62,124 nt of DNA, filler included, from Jimgerdemannia flammicorona (GCA_003990765.1; 2 parts of 2 records of this genome joined end to end with filler, not necessarily neighbours in it), one strand, 5' to 3'. Shown: positions 12,166 to 25,904, counted from the whole stretch's first letter. A program made the numbers and translations. Notes: generated by a model not told the origin, from the letters alone.

Positions 12166-15100
12166 GCGAAAAATCACTGGACAATCTCTGGTGCGAGGCT
12201 CTAGGCTTGACACCTGTGTATCTATGCTCTGTGATACCTGTCTACCTCTGCTCACTTTGCTTGCTCTGATGCTGAGACTCTACTCTGCTCTGGTTGCAAG
12301 ACTCTAGGCCTGATGCCTATGCCTTTAGGTATTGATGATTTTTAGGTTTTTAAATCTTTAAGTGACAATCACATGATGATACATGACAGTCATTGGTCTA
12401 GTTCTGTTTTTAGCATTGTTTTGTATTTGTGTAACATTAAATCATGTGACTGGTACCTTTTTCTGATCATTTCTATATCAGGTTTTTAATGGTCTATTAT
12501 GTGTATAGATTGACAAAGCCCAATTCAGACTTTTATTTAGATCAGGGCAAGGTTTGGGTACTTATGCACCTGTCTGATTCTGGAATTCTGGGGTTAGATC
12601 CGTGTCTTTGTTTACCCAAACTTTGTTCTCAATTTTGAATAAAGACCACTGCATATTGCAGTGCCATAAGTGGGTTGCAGATCTATTGCACTTTGCTTCA
12701 GAAAATACTTTATTCTGTTTCTTTATTCCATCATGAAAATTCACATAAGCTTATTGTTTTCTACTGCTTGACCTTTTACTACTGATCTTCATATCTGCCA
12801 TAACAGTATCACATCTTGCTCTAAACTATTCCTCTATTCTCTACTCATTTCATAATACACAATATAACAGACAATATGAATGTAGATAGTGATGCTGCTG
12901 TCCCCCCTACTGCCTTCACCAATTTGGCAAAGTTTGATAATCTGGCCACCTATGTTGCCACCACATCTACCAAGGTCCCTGTTCTCTTCTATGCTGCTTG
13001 CACTAGAGTGCTTTCTGCCCTTGAGGTCATTGCCATGAAGGAATGCCACACCAACTTTCTGCAGGTCCAAGTTGCCAATTGGAAGTTTACTCCTTCCAAG
13101 AAGGTAGCTGCTTCAATTGTCCTCCTTTCTGAGGAGCAATATGGTGCCACCCTTGAAACTGCTTCAGCAGAAGCCAAGCACCATGCTATAGCTACAGTTG
13201 AGGCTACCATGACCATCAATATCACCACTGCCCAGCATACTAAGAACCAGTGTACTAAAATCGACAAAGCCATGAGTATGTCATCTGAATCCCTCGCATT
13301 CTTTGGGATTCCTAAAGATGCCACTCAGAGACTGTGTAAGAATGTTTATATGGTTTCTGCCTCTGAACGAGCAAGGACTACCTTATTCCTCCTCTAAGAT
13401 TTTGATGTTGTCATGCATCAATCTTGCCATCTTGCTACCACTACCACTACTAAAGCCACCACCACTGCTGTCTGCCTGACTGTCCCCACATCCTCCTTCC
13501 TATAAGATGGGATTTCCACCACCACCCACAAAGCCATAGTTGAGAAGCTTGGGAATTGCCCCAAGATCGTTACTCTGGGTGTCAAACACACTTTTGCTTC
13601 TGCTACTGCTGGTTCCACCTGACTGAAAAAAAGTGTCCCCACCCCCCTACCCTCTACCACTGCATCTGTGGGGGCTGTGGGAAAGATGAAGGTGGTGAGT
13701 GTGACTTTGGCCTCTACTATGCCAAACTGTTATAGCTGTTCTGAATGCCTTGGTATACCTACAAAGGCCCACTGAGGTCCTTGCCCCCTAGCCCCTGCTG
13801 AGACAGTGGGTTCTATAAAAGGGGTCAAGTGAGTATAAGGCTTCACCTTCTCTGTTTGTTTCTTCTGCTTCTACCAGGACCAGCCACTCATCGACTTTGA
13901 GCTACTTATCTAAGAGTGCCACCAGAGCATTTGTGCCACAATGCAATAAGTGTACTACCACCAAATGTCATGTCATCTGGCATAATACCAGTGATATCTA
14001 TCTTCTAGCATCAAAAAACTAGAGATCTCCAGCCTAGAAGTCTCATATGACTTCTCAGCAGTGTGGTTTGGCCCTGATGTCTCTATTCTATATGGAGTAG
14101 TGGCCTCAACACCAATTGAGATTTTTGCCTTCATGTTTTCTCTTCCTAGTTCTTACTTAAGTCAGTTTTTCATCTGTTGGTTTCAGATATTTACCAAGGA
14201 GGGCTTTGTTACCAATATATCTCTGCCTTGGCTTACCCCTGAGCTCACATATATACTGAACTTTGATCCTAAGTTTGTTCTCTCTGGGTCAGCATCAATG
14301 AACAGCACTATTGACCTGATTTCATTGTCATCATTCCAACAGTGTCTCAACCTTGCCACCTTCTAGACCTCTATAGGTAATCCTGACAACATCCCAGAGA
14401 TCTCCACCTGAGTGCCATCTAAATGGCGACTGCTGCATTATATAGAAAATATGCAAATTATGCTCCATATATGTAAGTGCCACTTTAAATCAAGCTGTCC
14501 GACCCATGACAAATGTGTCTGACATGCTTGTACTGAAGAAGTTCTATTGCCTTCTCAAAGGCATCTGCACTCATGTTGACTTTACAGTCTATCTTACTAA
14601 CAAGAATCTGGGGTTTGCTATAATTCCGCATGCTCTGTATCTTAATGGTCTTTGGTCCCTCCTTCATGATCTGGCATATATGAATGATTTCTCTACAATT
14701 GATAATGTTAAGGAATCAGTAAGGCTAGACCTACTTGGTCTACTTGAGTTTTGCATCAGTGACTGTAGTTGTATGTCAATTTGAGAATACCTCATGGAGC
14801 TTAATGATTGCAAGCTACTTATGTTTCATACTTTGCCCAAGATACACAAAGGGGTATGTGTGGTATGGTGTCCTATCATTGGTGCTTTTAACTCTCCTAT
14901 AATCGAGATTTTGCATTTCCTATCTTGCTTTCTCTACCTGTGGTCAGCCCATTTGTACCATGATATAGGTTACTCATATTATTCACCTCTACATAATATG
15001 TTAGAACTGTTACAATTGATTCAATCAGATTACCTAGATATGTCAGATTGTAACTATATTGCTACTGGGGATTTTGCCACCTTCTACACCAGGATCACAT

Positions 15101-16762
15101 TAGATGAGTACATTGACTGCCTCATCTTTTTGTCAACAGTGGCCTTCCCCTCTGGCTCTTTGCCACTTAAAGCCATTCTCAGCCTTGTTTGCATAGTCAT
15201 GACTCATATGATGTTCACATCTACTATCAGTTCCTTCTGCTCTATATCTGGTATTGCTATGGAGATAAATTGTGCCCTGGATCTCACCAATATTATTGGT
15301 TTTGCTCATAAGTTATGCACCTTGTAAGTGCCTGACCATCTGCTAAGCCAAGTCATTGAAGCCAGGCTAAAGTTCTACTAGTATATTGATGATCTAATTG
15401 TCTTTACACCTGTAATCATGGACTTGGCCATGATTTTTGGTACTGTGTATCCCCCACACCATCATATCAAATGGGAAGTCTTATCTGCCAAACCATGCTA
15501 CTATTTGGACCTGGAAATCTAAGTTGCACCATTCTGTACAAGCTGTTTTGCTAAGTTTCTGCATAGTACTCAGTTTGTCGACTGGTTGAGTAATCATTCT
15601 AGGAAGACACTCTGTCTATACATTATGAATGAAGCTTACCACCTATCACTGCTCTGCTCATCTCGCCATAATTGGCTTGATGAGTGTTAGTCTTTGGCCA
15701 AATTCCTGGTTTACAAAAAAGGATACCCTGTTGATGTTATAACTGCTCAATTGAGTTTGGTTGATTGGCTTGAGGTCCAAACTTCACTTCTCACCCCTTC
15801 CCTTATTTCCCACCCCCCTATTCCCTACTCTGCTTTTCCTCTCCCATTACTTATCATCCAATACAATACAGCCTGATGGCTATATCAATAGCCTAACAAG
15901 ACTCTATATACTACTTTACTTCATTTTGGTTTCCCTGCAACTGCCCAATGACCAATCATCACCCAGAAGAATGGTTTTACTGTTCTTAACACTATCTCAA
16001 ATACCAGTTTTACTTTAAGTCCTCCTTAAAGACTGCACTGCTCATACATACCATACAATGTTTAAAAATGTGAAAAATTGCCAGATAACCTCTGGTGTGA
16101 GGCTCTAGGCCTAATACCTGTATACCTATGCTCTGTGATGCCTGTCTACCTCTGCTCGCTTCACTTGCTCTAGTGCTGAGGCTCTACTCTGCTCTGGTCA
16201 CAAGGCTCTAGGCCTGATGCCTATGCCTTCAGGTGCTGACAATTTTTAGGTTTTTAAATCTTTAAGTGACAATCACATGATGGCATGTGACAGTCATTGG
16301 TCTAGTTCTGTTTTTAGCATTGTTTTGTGTTTGTGTAATATTAGATCACATGACTGGTACCTTTTCCCAATTGTTTCTATATTGGGTTTTTAATGGTCTA
16401 TCATGTGTGTAGATCAATAAAGTCTGATTCAGACTTTTGTTTGAATCAGGACAAGGTCTAGGTACTTATGCACCTGTCTGATTCTGGAATTCTGAAGTTA
16501 GATCTGTGTCTTTGTTTATCTAAACTTTGTTCTCAATTTTGAATAAAGACTACTATGTATTGCAGTATTATGGGTAGGTTGTAGATCTATTGCACCTTGC
16601 TTTGGAAAACACTTTATTCTGTTTCCTTATTCTGTCATTAAAATTCACATAAGCTTATCATTTTCTACTACTTGACCTTTTACTGCTAATCTTCATATCT
16701 ACTGTAATAGTATCACATCTCACTCTAAACTATTCCTCTATTCTCTACTCATTTCATAATAC
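12157..16762 (+). mobile_element. Endonuclease-deficient Penelope-like retroelement, right copy (pLTR, ORF about 12864-16020, pLTR)
   Basis: Motifs LNFDPKF, TNKNLG, FHTLPKIHK..CPIIG, GDFATFYTRI, GIAMEINCALDLTN, YIDD. Direct repeats 12157-12857 and 16061-16762. Reverse complement of the left copy. Confidence 0.85.
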
Positions 16763-18944
16763 TATCAAAATCTACTAGCATTCTGAACTTATGTAATCAT
16801 TTATACAGACACTTAAATTTATACTTACAACTATAGTTTTCTATATTCTAGTATTTTATTTAGTTATTGAAATTTATATTTTAGCTTTATAACTTAGCAA
16901 CCATTAAATTATATTTTGTATAAATATTACTCTTATTTTCTTTGAAATAAAGTCAGTCAAGTTCACTTATACTCAATTTTATATAAATCTAAGAGATAAC
17001 AAGACAGTTTAAAGATAAGAAGTTTGAGGACTATAAGACCTTGAAAAGGCACTCCAATAAGAACTTACTTATAACAAACTTGTGGTTAGTCTAAGAGATA
17101 TATCTTGAAGAGAATCTAATATATTTGAAGGACTCAGTAACTACTATATGACAACTTGGTACTTATTGGCTAGTGATTCAAGATGAATCCCTCACTTTTA
17201 AGCTGAAAAATGAATAACTACCACAACAACTATCCTGACTATAAGAGTTATCTCTGCAAGAATTCAAGACAAGATAGAAATGCATTCTCTCACATTCTAT
17301 AGATATATTACTGAAGAGTCAATCCTGATCTTCATTGAAGACTTTAAACAATTTGCTGCCATACAAGCCCTCACCATAGATATACAATTGGCCCTTCTAT
17401 CTATTAGCCTCAGAGGACTTGCCAGAGATAAGTTTAATATAGCCACTATTGCTGATGCTGGTGCAGCCAAACTTGCCAACATAAAGAACTTTCTCAGAAC
17501 TATGTACTATACTGAAGAGATCAAGTAAGCTCTTCAGGATCAACTCAACACTATCTGCCAGAGACTCAGTGAAGATCTCAACTCATTCTACATCTGAATC
17601 TATCATCAGATTGTCTTAGCTGGCTATGATGATACCCTCAAGGAACAAATAGCTAATTCAATCTTCCTCAAAAGAGTTCACTCTGAAATTGTCCTAGCAA
17701 TCTGGTCTACCCCAGTTGCTCTGATCCTTGACCAGAAAGTGATCTTTATACAGAGATATTAGACTGCCAGACACTCTGCTGAATACTCAATAGAGAAAAT
17801 AACTGGTATTAAGATAGAGTCATCAAAGCTAACCAGTATTATACTCACTATAGTTGTAAACAGACAACTATCCCCACCTACTCCCAAGGCAGCCAAAGCT
17901 GATCCAGTAGAGGAACTCACTAAGCAGTTTGCTAAGATAACTATATATCTTAGTAATGTTGTTAGAGAAGTCTGAAGTATAAACAGGAGACTAGTATAGA
18001 GATTTGTAGTTGCTATAGAAGAATACAATATTACATACTTTAGATGTGAAGAAGGTCACTATACAAAGAGTTGCATGACCAAAACAAGACACAAAACCCA
18101 ACTAAGCAATGCTATCAGAACCAGAGAACAAATCAATATAGTGGTCATCAAGGAGATTGGTGATACTGATGATGAAGAATACTATAAGAAGTCTAAATTC
18201 TACTCTGTTACTGAAGGTACCAGAATCCAGTCTAAGCCCTATAACAAGAAGAGCAACAGTAAGTCAGTTGGAAGACCAAAGAAGACCCCAGCTATTACTA
18301 TTTAAAGCAAGACCCAATCTGAGGAGATTGATCAAGACATAGAGTTAGATGAAGCTGCCCACCAAATTATTGAAGATACTACTCCAGTCTCTAGAGAAAG
18401 TGAAAGCAAGAAAGAACAAAAGCTGTACAAGACTAAGATCTATCAGTATAATATCTACAAGAACCTCAAGAAACAGAAGGTAAATGCTACTTTTGGACAA
18501 CTAGCCAAAGTCTCTATCTTCAGATAGCAGTTGAGAGTAGAACTTGTAACTACTGTCAAGAACCAAGAGTACAAGATTGTAGAAGCTCACAATATACAAG
18601 AAAATGAACAAGAAGACTCAGGTAAAGAATCTGAAAACCAGTGAAAGACATCAGCCTATACCCCATATTAGATTGAAGATTGTATCTTTAATACCATCAT
18701 TGATACTAGTGCTGGAGGATGTCTCATAAGCAAGAAGGCAATTGACTGCCTAGGCTGTGATATTGAAGAGTCTACCAAAATAGTCTATATCATAGTAGAT
18801 GGTATATGAGCTACCCCCCTAGGCAAGATCTGAGAAGTCTCCATCAAGATAGGAGAAGTTACTATTCTAGTAGACATAATTATTACAAGTACCACTAACT
18901 ATGATATTCTCATTAACAATCAATGGCTTCACAAGGCCAAGACT
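16759..18944 (+). repeat. Direct duplication of 4393-6561 (LTR 3' part, PBS region, gag, protease) flanking the Penelope palindrome
   Basis: ATACTATCAAAATCTACTAGC at 4393 and 16759; CACAAGGCCAA(A/G)ACT at about 6547-6561 and 18930-18944; colinear in between. Confidence 0.92.
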
Positions 18945-21900
18945 ATCATTAACCTCAATGTCTAGAAGATGCAGATCAACTATAGAGGAAGAAAGGTACA
19001 AGTCTCTATTAATGTCTATAAAGGAGTATTATTAAACATAGAGAAAGAGATGAAGAAGACACAGAAGTCTTCATATACTCAGTGTACAAGAACAAGAGCA
19101 AGATACCCAAGCTTACAGATGAGCAGTAGTATGACAAGATCATTGATGACTATGCTCCTCAAGAAAGATGTCCCTATGATATCAGAATATACTGCTTCAA
19201 ATACCTAAATGACTGCTGGTCCTATATCAGTAAAGTCAGAAAAATCTGCTAACAAAAGTATGAGCAAGAAGCTGCTGAAGCAAAAAGGAAAGCTGAAGAA
19301 GATGACCAGCCCTCAAAGCTTTAAGTTGATAGTGATTATAAGGAGGAACAAGAACCAGACATCACTCTCAAGGTCAAGAAGTTTCATCCTAAAGCCAAGA
19401 TCTCAGAATATAAGACTGAAGGAGCCATAGAAATGGACCTTACCTATATTTAAGATGCTATCCTTGAACCATAGACCACTACTCTACTTGGTACTGGAAT
19501 TGAAGTCAAGTTACCAGAGAACTATGCTGAAATTATTAAGACTAAGAGCAGTATGGCCAAAAGCAAAATGTTAGTTGAAGGAAGAGTAATTGATTCTGAT
19601 TATACTGGTGAGATTTTTCTTATAGTTAGGAATCCCAACTCCACTACCCCATTTGAAGTCAAGAAGTATGATAGGATTGGCCAGATGCTAATCTATGAAG
19701 TCAAGAAGTCTAAAATCACTGAAGCCATTGAACTCATCAAGACTAAGAGAGGAGAACAAGACTTTAAATCTACTGAAAGAGGAGTCTATACTACTATCAA
19801 GATTACTAAACTCAAGTACAAGAAAGATAAAGACCAGAATAAGCACATATATACTATTGGAGAAAACCTTTCCCTAGAAGAACAACTTCTCAAAATCCTG
19901 TATCAGAATAAAGGAGTACTTGCCACAGACTTCAGAGATATCTACAATCAAGAACCCAAGTATTACTATGAAGTTGAAACTAGTGATATTAAGCTCATCT
20001 ACCAGAAAGCCAGACCTATACCACCTGGCTACAGAAAATGGCTATAAGCAGAACTTAAGAAAATGAAAGAAGCTAGAATTATCAAGCAAGCTATTAGCCC
20101 CTGGACTTCACCCATTGTCCTCACTCCAAAGAAAGGAAGCAAGCCTGGAGAGTTTGCCCCAAGACTCTGCATTGATTACAGAAAGCTCAATACAATTACT
20201 AAGAAAGATAGACAGCCCTTGCCAAATATTCAAGAAATCTTTACCACTCTTAGAAGTGAAGCCAAATACTATACCACCTTAGATCTGTTCTCAGAATTCC
20301 ATCAGATTGGTCTTACTTAAGATGTCAATGAGAAATCAGCCTTTATTATATCTGATATCATCTATATCTACCTGTAAATACCATTTGGAATATACAATAC
20401 TCCAGCAAGTTTTCAGTGAATGATGAACAGAGTCTTCAGTAATGAGATTGAAAAATGGTTCTTTATCTATATTGATGATATAATCATCTTCAGCAACACT
20501 ATATGGAAATATGTCAACTATATATAGCTAGCTCTCAAGAAGCTCAAGAAGCATGGCCTCTATATCAAGCCTAAGAAGTATAAGTTTATAGCTTAGAAAA
20601 TTGCCTACCTAGGACACATCATCAACTAGACTGGAATTCATACAGACTCTATGAAGATTGAGACTATTACAGTCTACTCAAGATCCAGAACAACTACAGA
20701 AGTCCATATCTTCCTTGGACTGACCTCCTACTATAGAAGAATCATCAAAGAATACTCTAATATTGCAGCACCTACTGAAGAAAGAGACTAAATTTAAATA
20801 AATCAAGAAATATCAAGAAACCTTCAATGAACTCAAGATCAGGTTAACCCAAGCACCCATCCTCAATAGGACTTGAAGCAGTTCTGGCTCAGAAGAAAGA
20901 TAGATATAAATATATCATCTTTTATATAAGCTAAGGTATCCATAGAGCAGAACAGAACTATGAGTCATATAAGCTTAAATGCTTAGCAGTAGTTTGAGCA
21001 GTAGACAAGTTCCACTACTACTTAGCTGAGAAATACTTTACTATTCAAATAGATCATTCTACTCTCATCTGGCTATTCCACACTCTGAACTCCAAAGAAA
21101 TATATGTTAGATGGATCTATAGGCTACAAAAGTATGACTGTACTGTCAAGTACTACTCAGAAAGAACTAATATCAATGCTGATGTACTTTCAAGAATATT
21201 CCAAAATATCTCCATTAAGACTATTCAATATGAATAAGGAGTTATACTATGGATTAATCAGCTATCTTGAGTAGCAGAAGATATTCAACCACCTTGAACT
21301 CTGGACTATTACTATCATCAACCAGACTTGGAAACAATTTGAACTAGACAATACTATACTCAGAAAAGGAGGAAAGCTCATAATATCTAAATATAAAAAG
21401 TATCAAGTAATAAAGAAAGTATATGAACAAGGATACCTAAGAGGAACCAATATATATAATAAAGCAAAAATAACTATGTGGTGGTCTAAGATAGAAGAAG
21501 ACCTATACTAATTTGTCAAAGAGTGTGATAAGTGCTAAAAACAGAAATAATATCAATAAGACCAGACACCTAAGTCATTAAGAATTGAGTCTATCTCCTT
21601 CCACCACATTATAATGGATATTATTGGATCACTACCAGTAATATTATCAGAAAACTACTATATTATAGTTATCATAGACCTCTTTACCAAATGAATAGAA
21701 GCAGGAGCATTACAAGAAGCCAATGCTCTCTCTATAGCTGACTTCCTGCCTGAGAAATCATCTACCACTACAAGATATCAAGACAAATTACTACAGACTG
21801 TGGCATAGAATTTATCAATAGATTCTATAGATAATATATCAGAAATACAAGATTCAACATATCAAGACCACCATATACTACTCTCAAGGAAATAGACAGA

Positions 21901-22430
21901 TAGAAAGAACTAATAAGACTCTCAAGAATATCTTGATAAAGATCTTAGACACATATGACAATTGAGATAACTACCTCCCAACTGCCCTCTCTGTCCTATG
22001 AGATATATAGTTATAGAGTACACACTTTACTTCAAGAGAACTACTCTTCAGAGAAGAAGATTCAATAGAACCTCAGTTATAAATCTAGATCTAACATAGA
22101 GATAGATTGACTCAGAAATCTAGAGACTATACTAAATCAGGAAGAAGGCTGAAGATTACATCATCAAGTTACAAGTACTGATAAAGAAGAATGCAGAAAA
22201 GAATTACAAGATTCTAGAACCTATTCAAATCAGAGAAAAGGTCCTACTGTATCAAAATATAGTAGAAGCCTCATAGTTATGAAAACTGGAGCCCAAATGA
22301 AAAGGACCTTTCTATGTGTAAGATATTAAAGAAACTATCTTCTGACTTAGAAAACTCTCAGGGACTATACTACTTACTACAGTATATAGGAACAGACTCA
22401 AGAAGTACCATGAACTTATATAAGAGGAGC
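17214..22430 (+). pseudogene. Gypsy B gag-pol (gag, protease, dUTPase, RT, RNase H, integrase), decayed
   Basis: Protease IIDTSAGG; RT SPWTSPIV..PRLCIDYRKLN, TLDLFSEFHQI, YIDDII; RNase H EQNY..KLKCLAVV, DHS, NADVLSR; integrase MDIIGSLP, TD.G.EF, ERTNKTLK, GPF. Confidence 0.88.
19362..19780 (+). pseudogene. dUTPase domain between protease and RT of Gypsy B
   Basis: Motifs EGAIEMDL, KSSMAK, RVIDSDYTGE, YDRIGQM, RGEQDFKST. Confidence 0.88.
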
Positions 22431-22788
22431 AAAATATGATAACTGTCTATGAGGTTCTAATTCATGAATTATAACAGCATATCTTATAATTAGTAGACAA
22501 TCTGTCTGGACTATTCTCTAAGAGATATAGTACCAGCAACTACTCATCTATGAGACTTTCAAAGTCAGAGGAGTTTGAACCATCAACTGATTAGTCAAGA
22601 TCAGAATCAGACCCTTACTCTATATAAAGGAAGTGACTCTTCACTATTATACCAAAATATATAGAGAAGATACCAGCCCATAAATATTACTTTTCAACCC
22701 TCTGCCAGAGGTTATGGGATCAGTAAATTTTTCAGACTAAACTAATGAATAAGGATGTTTAAGAGAAGATTCTTATTCAGGAGGAAGA

Positions 22789-25419
22789 TGTAACAGTGAT
22801 CTCAGAATGATGACATCAGCATAAAAGACAGCTTTTCCTTATAAGCTACTAGATCAGAGTATAAAAAGATCATATGGTATGACTCACCCAGGCTATAATA
22901 TAAGTAATGATGACCAACTGTGAGTCATTATGACCATAAGACAGATTTCTTGAGGAATATAAAAGAAGGATCAAGAAACCACAGTAGCAGTAATTTAAAC
23001 AAAGTTTATAAAAATAGTTCAAAAGACTTACCACAAATAAATATCTATCACTACCTCAGATTGGTTTGCTGTACCTGCATGGGCATGGCAGAAGGAGGGC
23101 AATGGTGATGAGTTGCTCCTTTATCAGTATTAGATCAATGTCTTCTCCACTTTTTCACAGTTTCTGATACCTTCAACTATATCTGAAGTGTATCTGTTTT
23201 GGTGCAGTACCTTCTTTCTTTTACCATCATCAACAAGGTGCTGTCTCAGTATATCTTAGGCTATGTAGAGAGTTGGCTGACCTTGGGCATCAAGTGCTCA
23301 GTGTAGGTTACCTGCAGGTTCTCAGTGTCTGTGGTGGGGCCCTCTGGCTTTGGCGAGCTTCCCAGCAAATACAGTTCTAGCATAGGTGACTGCTTTTCAG
23401 GTATTGTTGGGATGGGAGGGGAGATGGCCATCACAGATAGGAGGAAGAGTGATAATGGTGAACCAGTGGGGTACCAGACTGGGGGTGGTCATTGGGGCTG
23501 GGGCAGATACTGCTTTGGTGGGGCCTTTTGATTAGTGTGGTGCAGTTAGGTAGTAGGTATTACTCTCAGCTTCTTTTGGCAATTCAGCAGATTGGGCCCC
23601 AGTCATCAGGAGGGGTCAGGGGGCCTGAGGCTACCCATTTCAGGTATCTTGGCTATACTCAACTAGAACTGGGAGCTGATACAGCAATATGATCAAGGCC
23701 CACAGGCTTGAGTAGTGGAGTATTGGGAGTCTTCTCCTGTCTCATGTGTAAGTCTTTTACTCACCTCAACTGGGAGAACCAAGTCCTATCCACCATGTTG
23801 TACTTTGATGAGGGTTTTTTTCTTTGCCTGTTATTCTCTTTGGGATAGCAGGGGCTATTCTATTTAGCTCAGGCATGGCCTTATACATACATTGGGCTCT
23901 TGGGTATATGCTTTCAGTCATTGGTATATGGCTGGGTTTTCTCTAGTGGTAGGGAGAGCATGGTGTGTAGAATGAGGTATGGGCTGCTATAGGCCCTGCT
24001 GCACCTGATATGGTTGAGCTACTGGACAATAGCTAATCTAGGTTAATAAGAGGGCAGTGCTTGATGAGTAGTGAGAGAGAGTTTTGGTCTATATAGTCTA
24101 GGTTCCCTTCCAATAAAAATCCACAGGACATTGAGTTCATTAAACAAAAAAAACAAAAAAAAACAAATATCTGCCACTCCAAATCTTACGGTCCAGAAAC
24201 CACTAAGGCCTCTCAGTCCAGAAAAGGATATTTCAAGATATCAGAAGAGCCATGAAGATCTACACAAGAAGAACTTTGAGCCTCAACCTAGATACTAGTG
24301 ACTCTTATCATTATATCCTCTACTACTATAAAATGGAAATAAGGATCACTATTGCTACTGAATATCTCTAGATATAGCAAGAATATAAAATAGAAAACCT
24401 CCTCTACTGGAAATTCTCTCAGGCCAGTCCCCAAGAGATTCAAGATACTACCTCCATGGATGTATGAAATAAGAATAGCTAAGAAGATTCATCAGATCTT
24501 CAGGTATATACCATAGTTGATCCCCAACTTAGAGTATACTAGAATCTCAGACTTTAAGAAACTATCAGCCCACTATATCAATGCACTGGAGACCATAGTG
24601 GCCACAGAAGCCCAGTCCACCATTACTCTCAATAGTGATAAAGTAGAAGAGTTCTGGTATTCCATTCTTTAGAACAATCTAGATTAATTTATATAAGAAT
24701 TGATCTTAGCATTCTAAGGCTCCAGCATCCAGATTAGATCTCCTCAAGACTCTACATTTGTTCCTTATTTTGTAGAAAAGAATGAAATAGATTGGAGAGC
24801 CCCTGCTACTGCTGAATGTGATGATGTTACTAGTAATGATATCATCCCATGAAATATATGTGAAATATATAAAATGGATGAAATATTTATGGATCTTATT
24901 TTCTTTAGCAATAATGAAGATGAAGTCTCTATGGTCCTGAACATTCTGCTCTAAGTTTTTGATAATACCAAAATCTTCTGGCATTCTTTTTCTATATAAC
25001 TGAATTCTACTAGCATCCTTTTTCTATAACATCTGAATTTTTGAGCACTCTTTTTCTGTATCACCAAAATCTACTGGTATCTTGAACCTATGCAACCATT
25101 TGTACAGATACTTGAATTTATACTTACAACTGTAGTTTTCTGTATTCTAGTATTTTATTTAGTTATTGGAATTTATATTTAGCTTTATAACTTAGCAACC
25201 ATTGAATTATATTTTGTATAAATACCCCTCTTAAATAAAGTCAGTCAAGTTCACTTATACTCAATTTTATATAAATCTAAGAGATAACAAGATGGTTTAA
25301 AGATAAGAAGTTTGAGGACTATAAGACCTTGGAAAGGCACACCAATAAGAACTTGCTTATAACAAACTTGTGGCTAGTCTAAGAGATACACCTTGAAGAG
25401 AATCTGACATATTTGAAGG
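22789..25419 (+). repeat. 3' LTR of Gypsy B, interrupted by a LINE fragment and missing its last roughly 20 bp
   Basis: PPT AGGAGGAAGA then TGTAACA. Similarity to the 5' LTR ends at ATTTGAAGG (25419). Confidence 0.85.
23053..24161 (+). mobile_element. 5'-truncated L1/Tx1-like LINE 3' fragment with A-rich tail, inserted in the 3' LTR
   Basis: Decayed 18-bp TSD AAATAAATATCTATCACT (23035-23052) / AAACAAATATCTGCCACT (24162-24179). Same family as 9126-10311. Confidence 0.88.
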
Positions 25420-25904
25420 CAAATGAGGCCTAAGGCAAAGAGGGTAAAAAGGGTAGGGGGCAATACCCGAACTGTTGCTTTTCAGTCCTCTTGCTGCGAG
25501 ACACTTTGTAACTTGGCTGGCAAAACGTCCCCAGTCGACTCACACACGATGTATGTGTCAAAATTCCAGAATGCGAGTCGAACCGTTGAGAGCCGGGCAG
25601 CAACATTTCGTCTGGAATGTACAGTTTTTTTTTTTATTTTTTTTTATTTTTTTTGGAACATAGAATATATACTCGTGGCTTTGCGCTATTCCCCAACACT
25701 ATTCCCAACAACATTCATTCGAGAGCTCTGTAATTGGCGTATTGTCTGAATGTGTTCATACGTACGTATATACGTACATCGAAAACCACGCAAGATTGTA
25801 CTGAAGTAATTTGTTTTTTGAACGACTGTTCCATAAAGAGACAACAATCGCGCGAGTGCAATGATTGGGAAATAGTGCCCGTGGACGTGTGTTGAAAATG
25901 TCCC

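Larger units (their letters stand above)
3250..25419 (+). mobile_element. Ty3/Gypsy LTR retrotransposon B (both LTRs, gag-PR-dUTPase-RT-RH-IN), heavily decayed, with nested Penelope-like and LINE insertions
   Basis: Matching LTR starts TGTAACA at 3250 and 22789. Polypurine tract at 22779-22788. Pol motifs are recognisable through many stops. Confidence 0.88.

Noticed and set aside
16020..16762. Hammerhead ribozyme expected in Penelope terminal repeats
   Set aside because: No CTGANGA...GAAA core with flanking stems found by eye on either strand. Decay could hide it, so an Infernal search on the consensus is needed.
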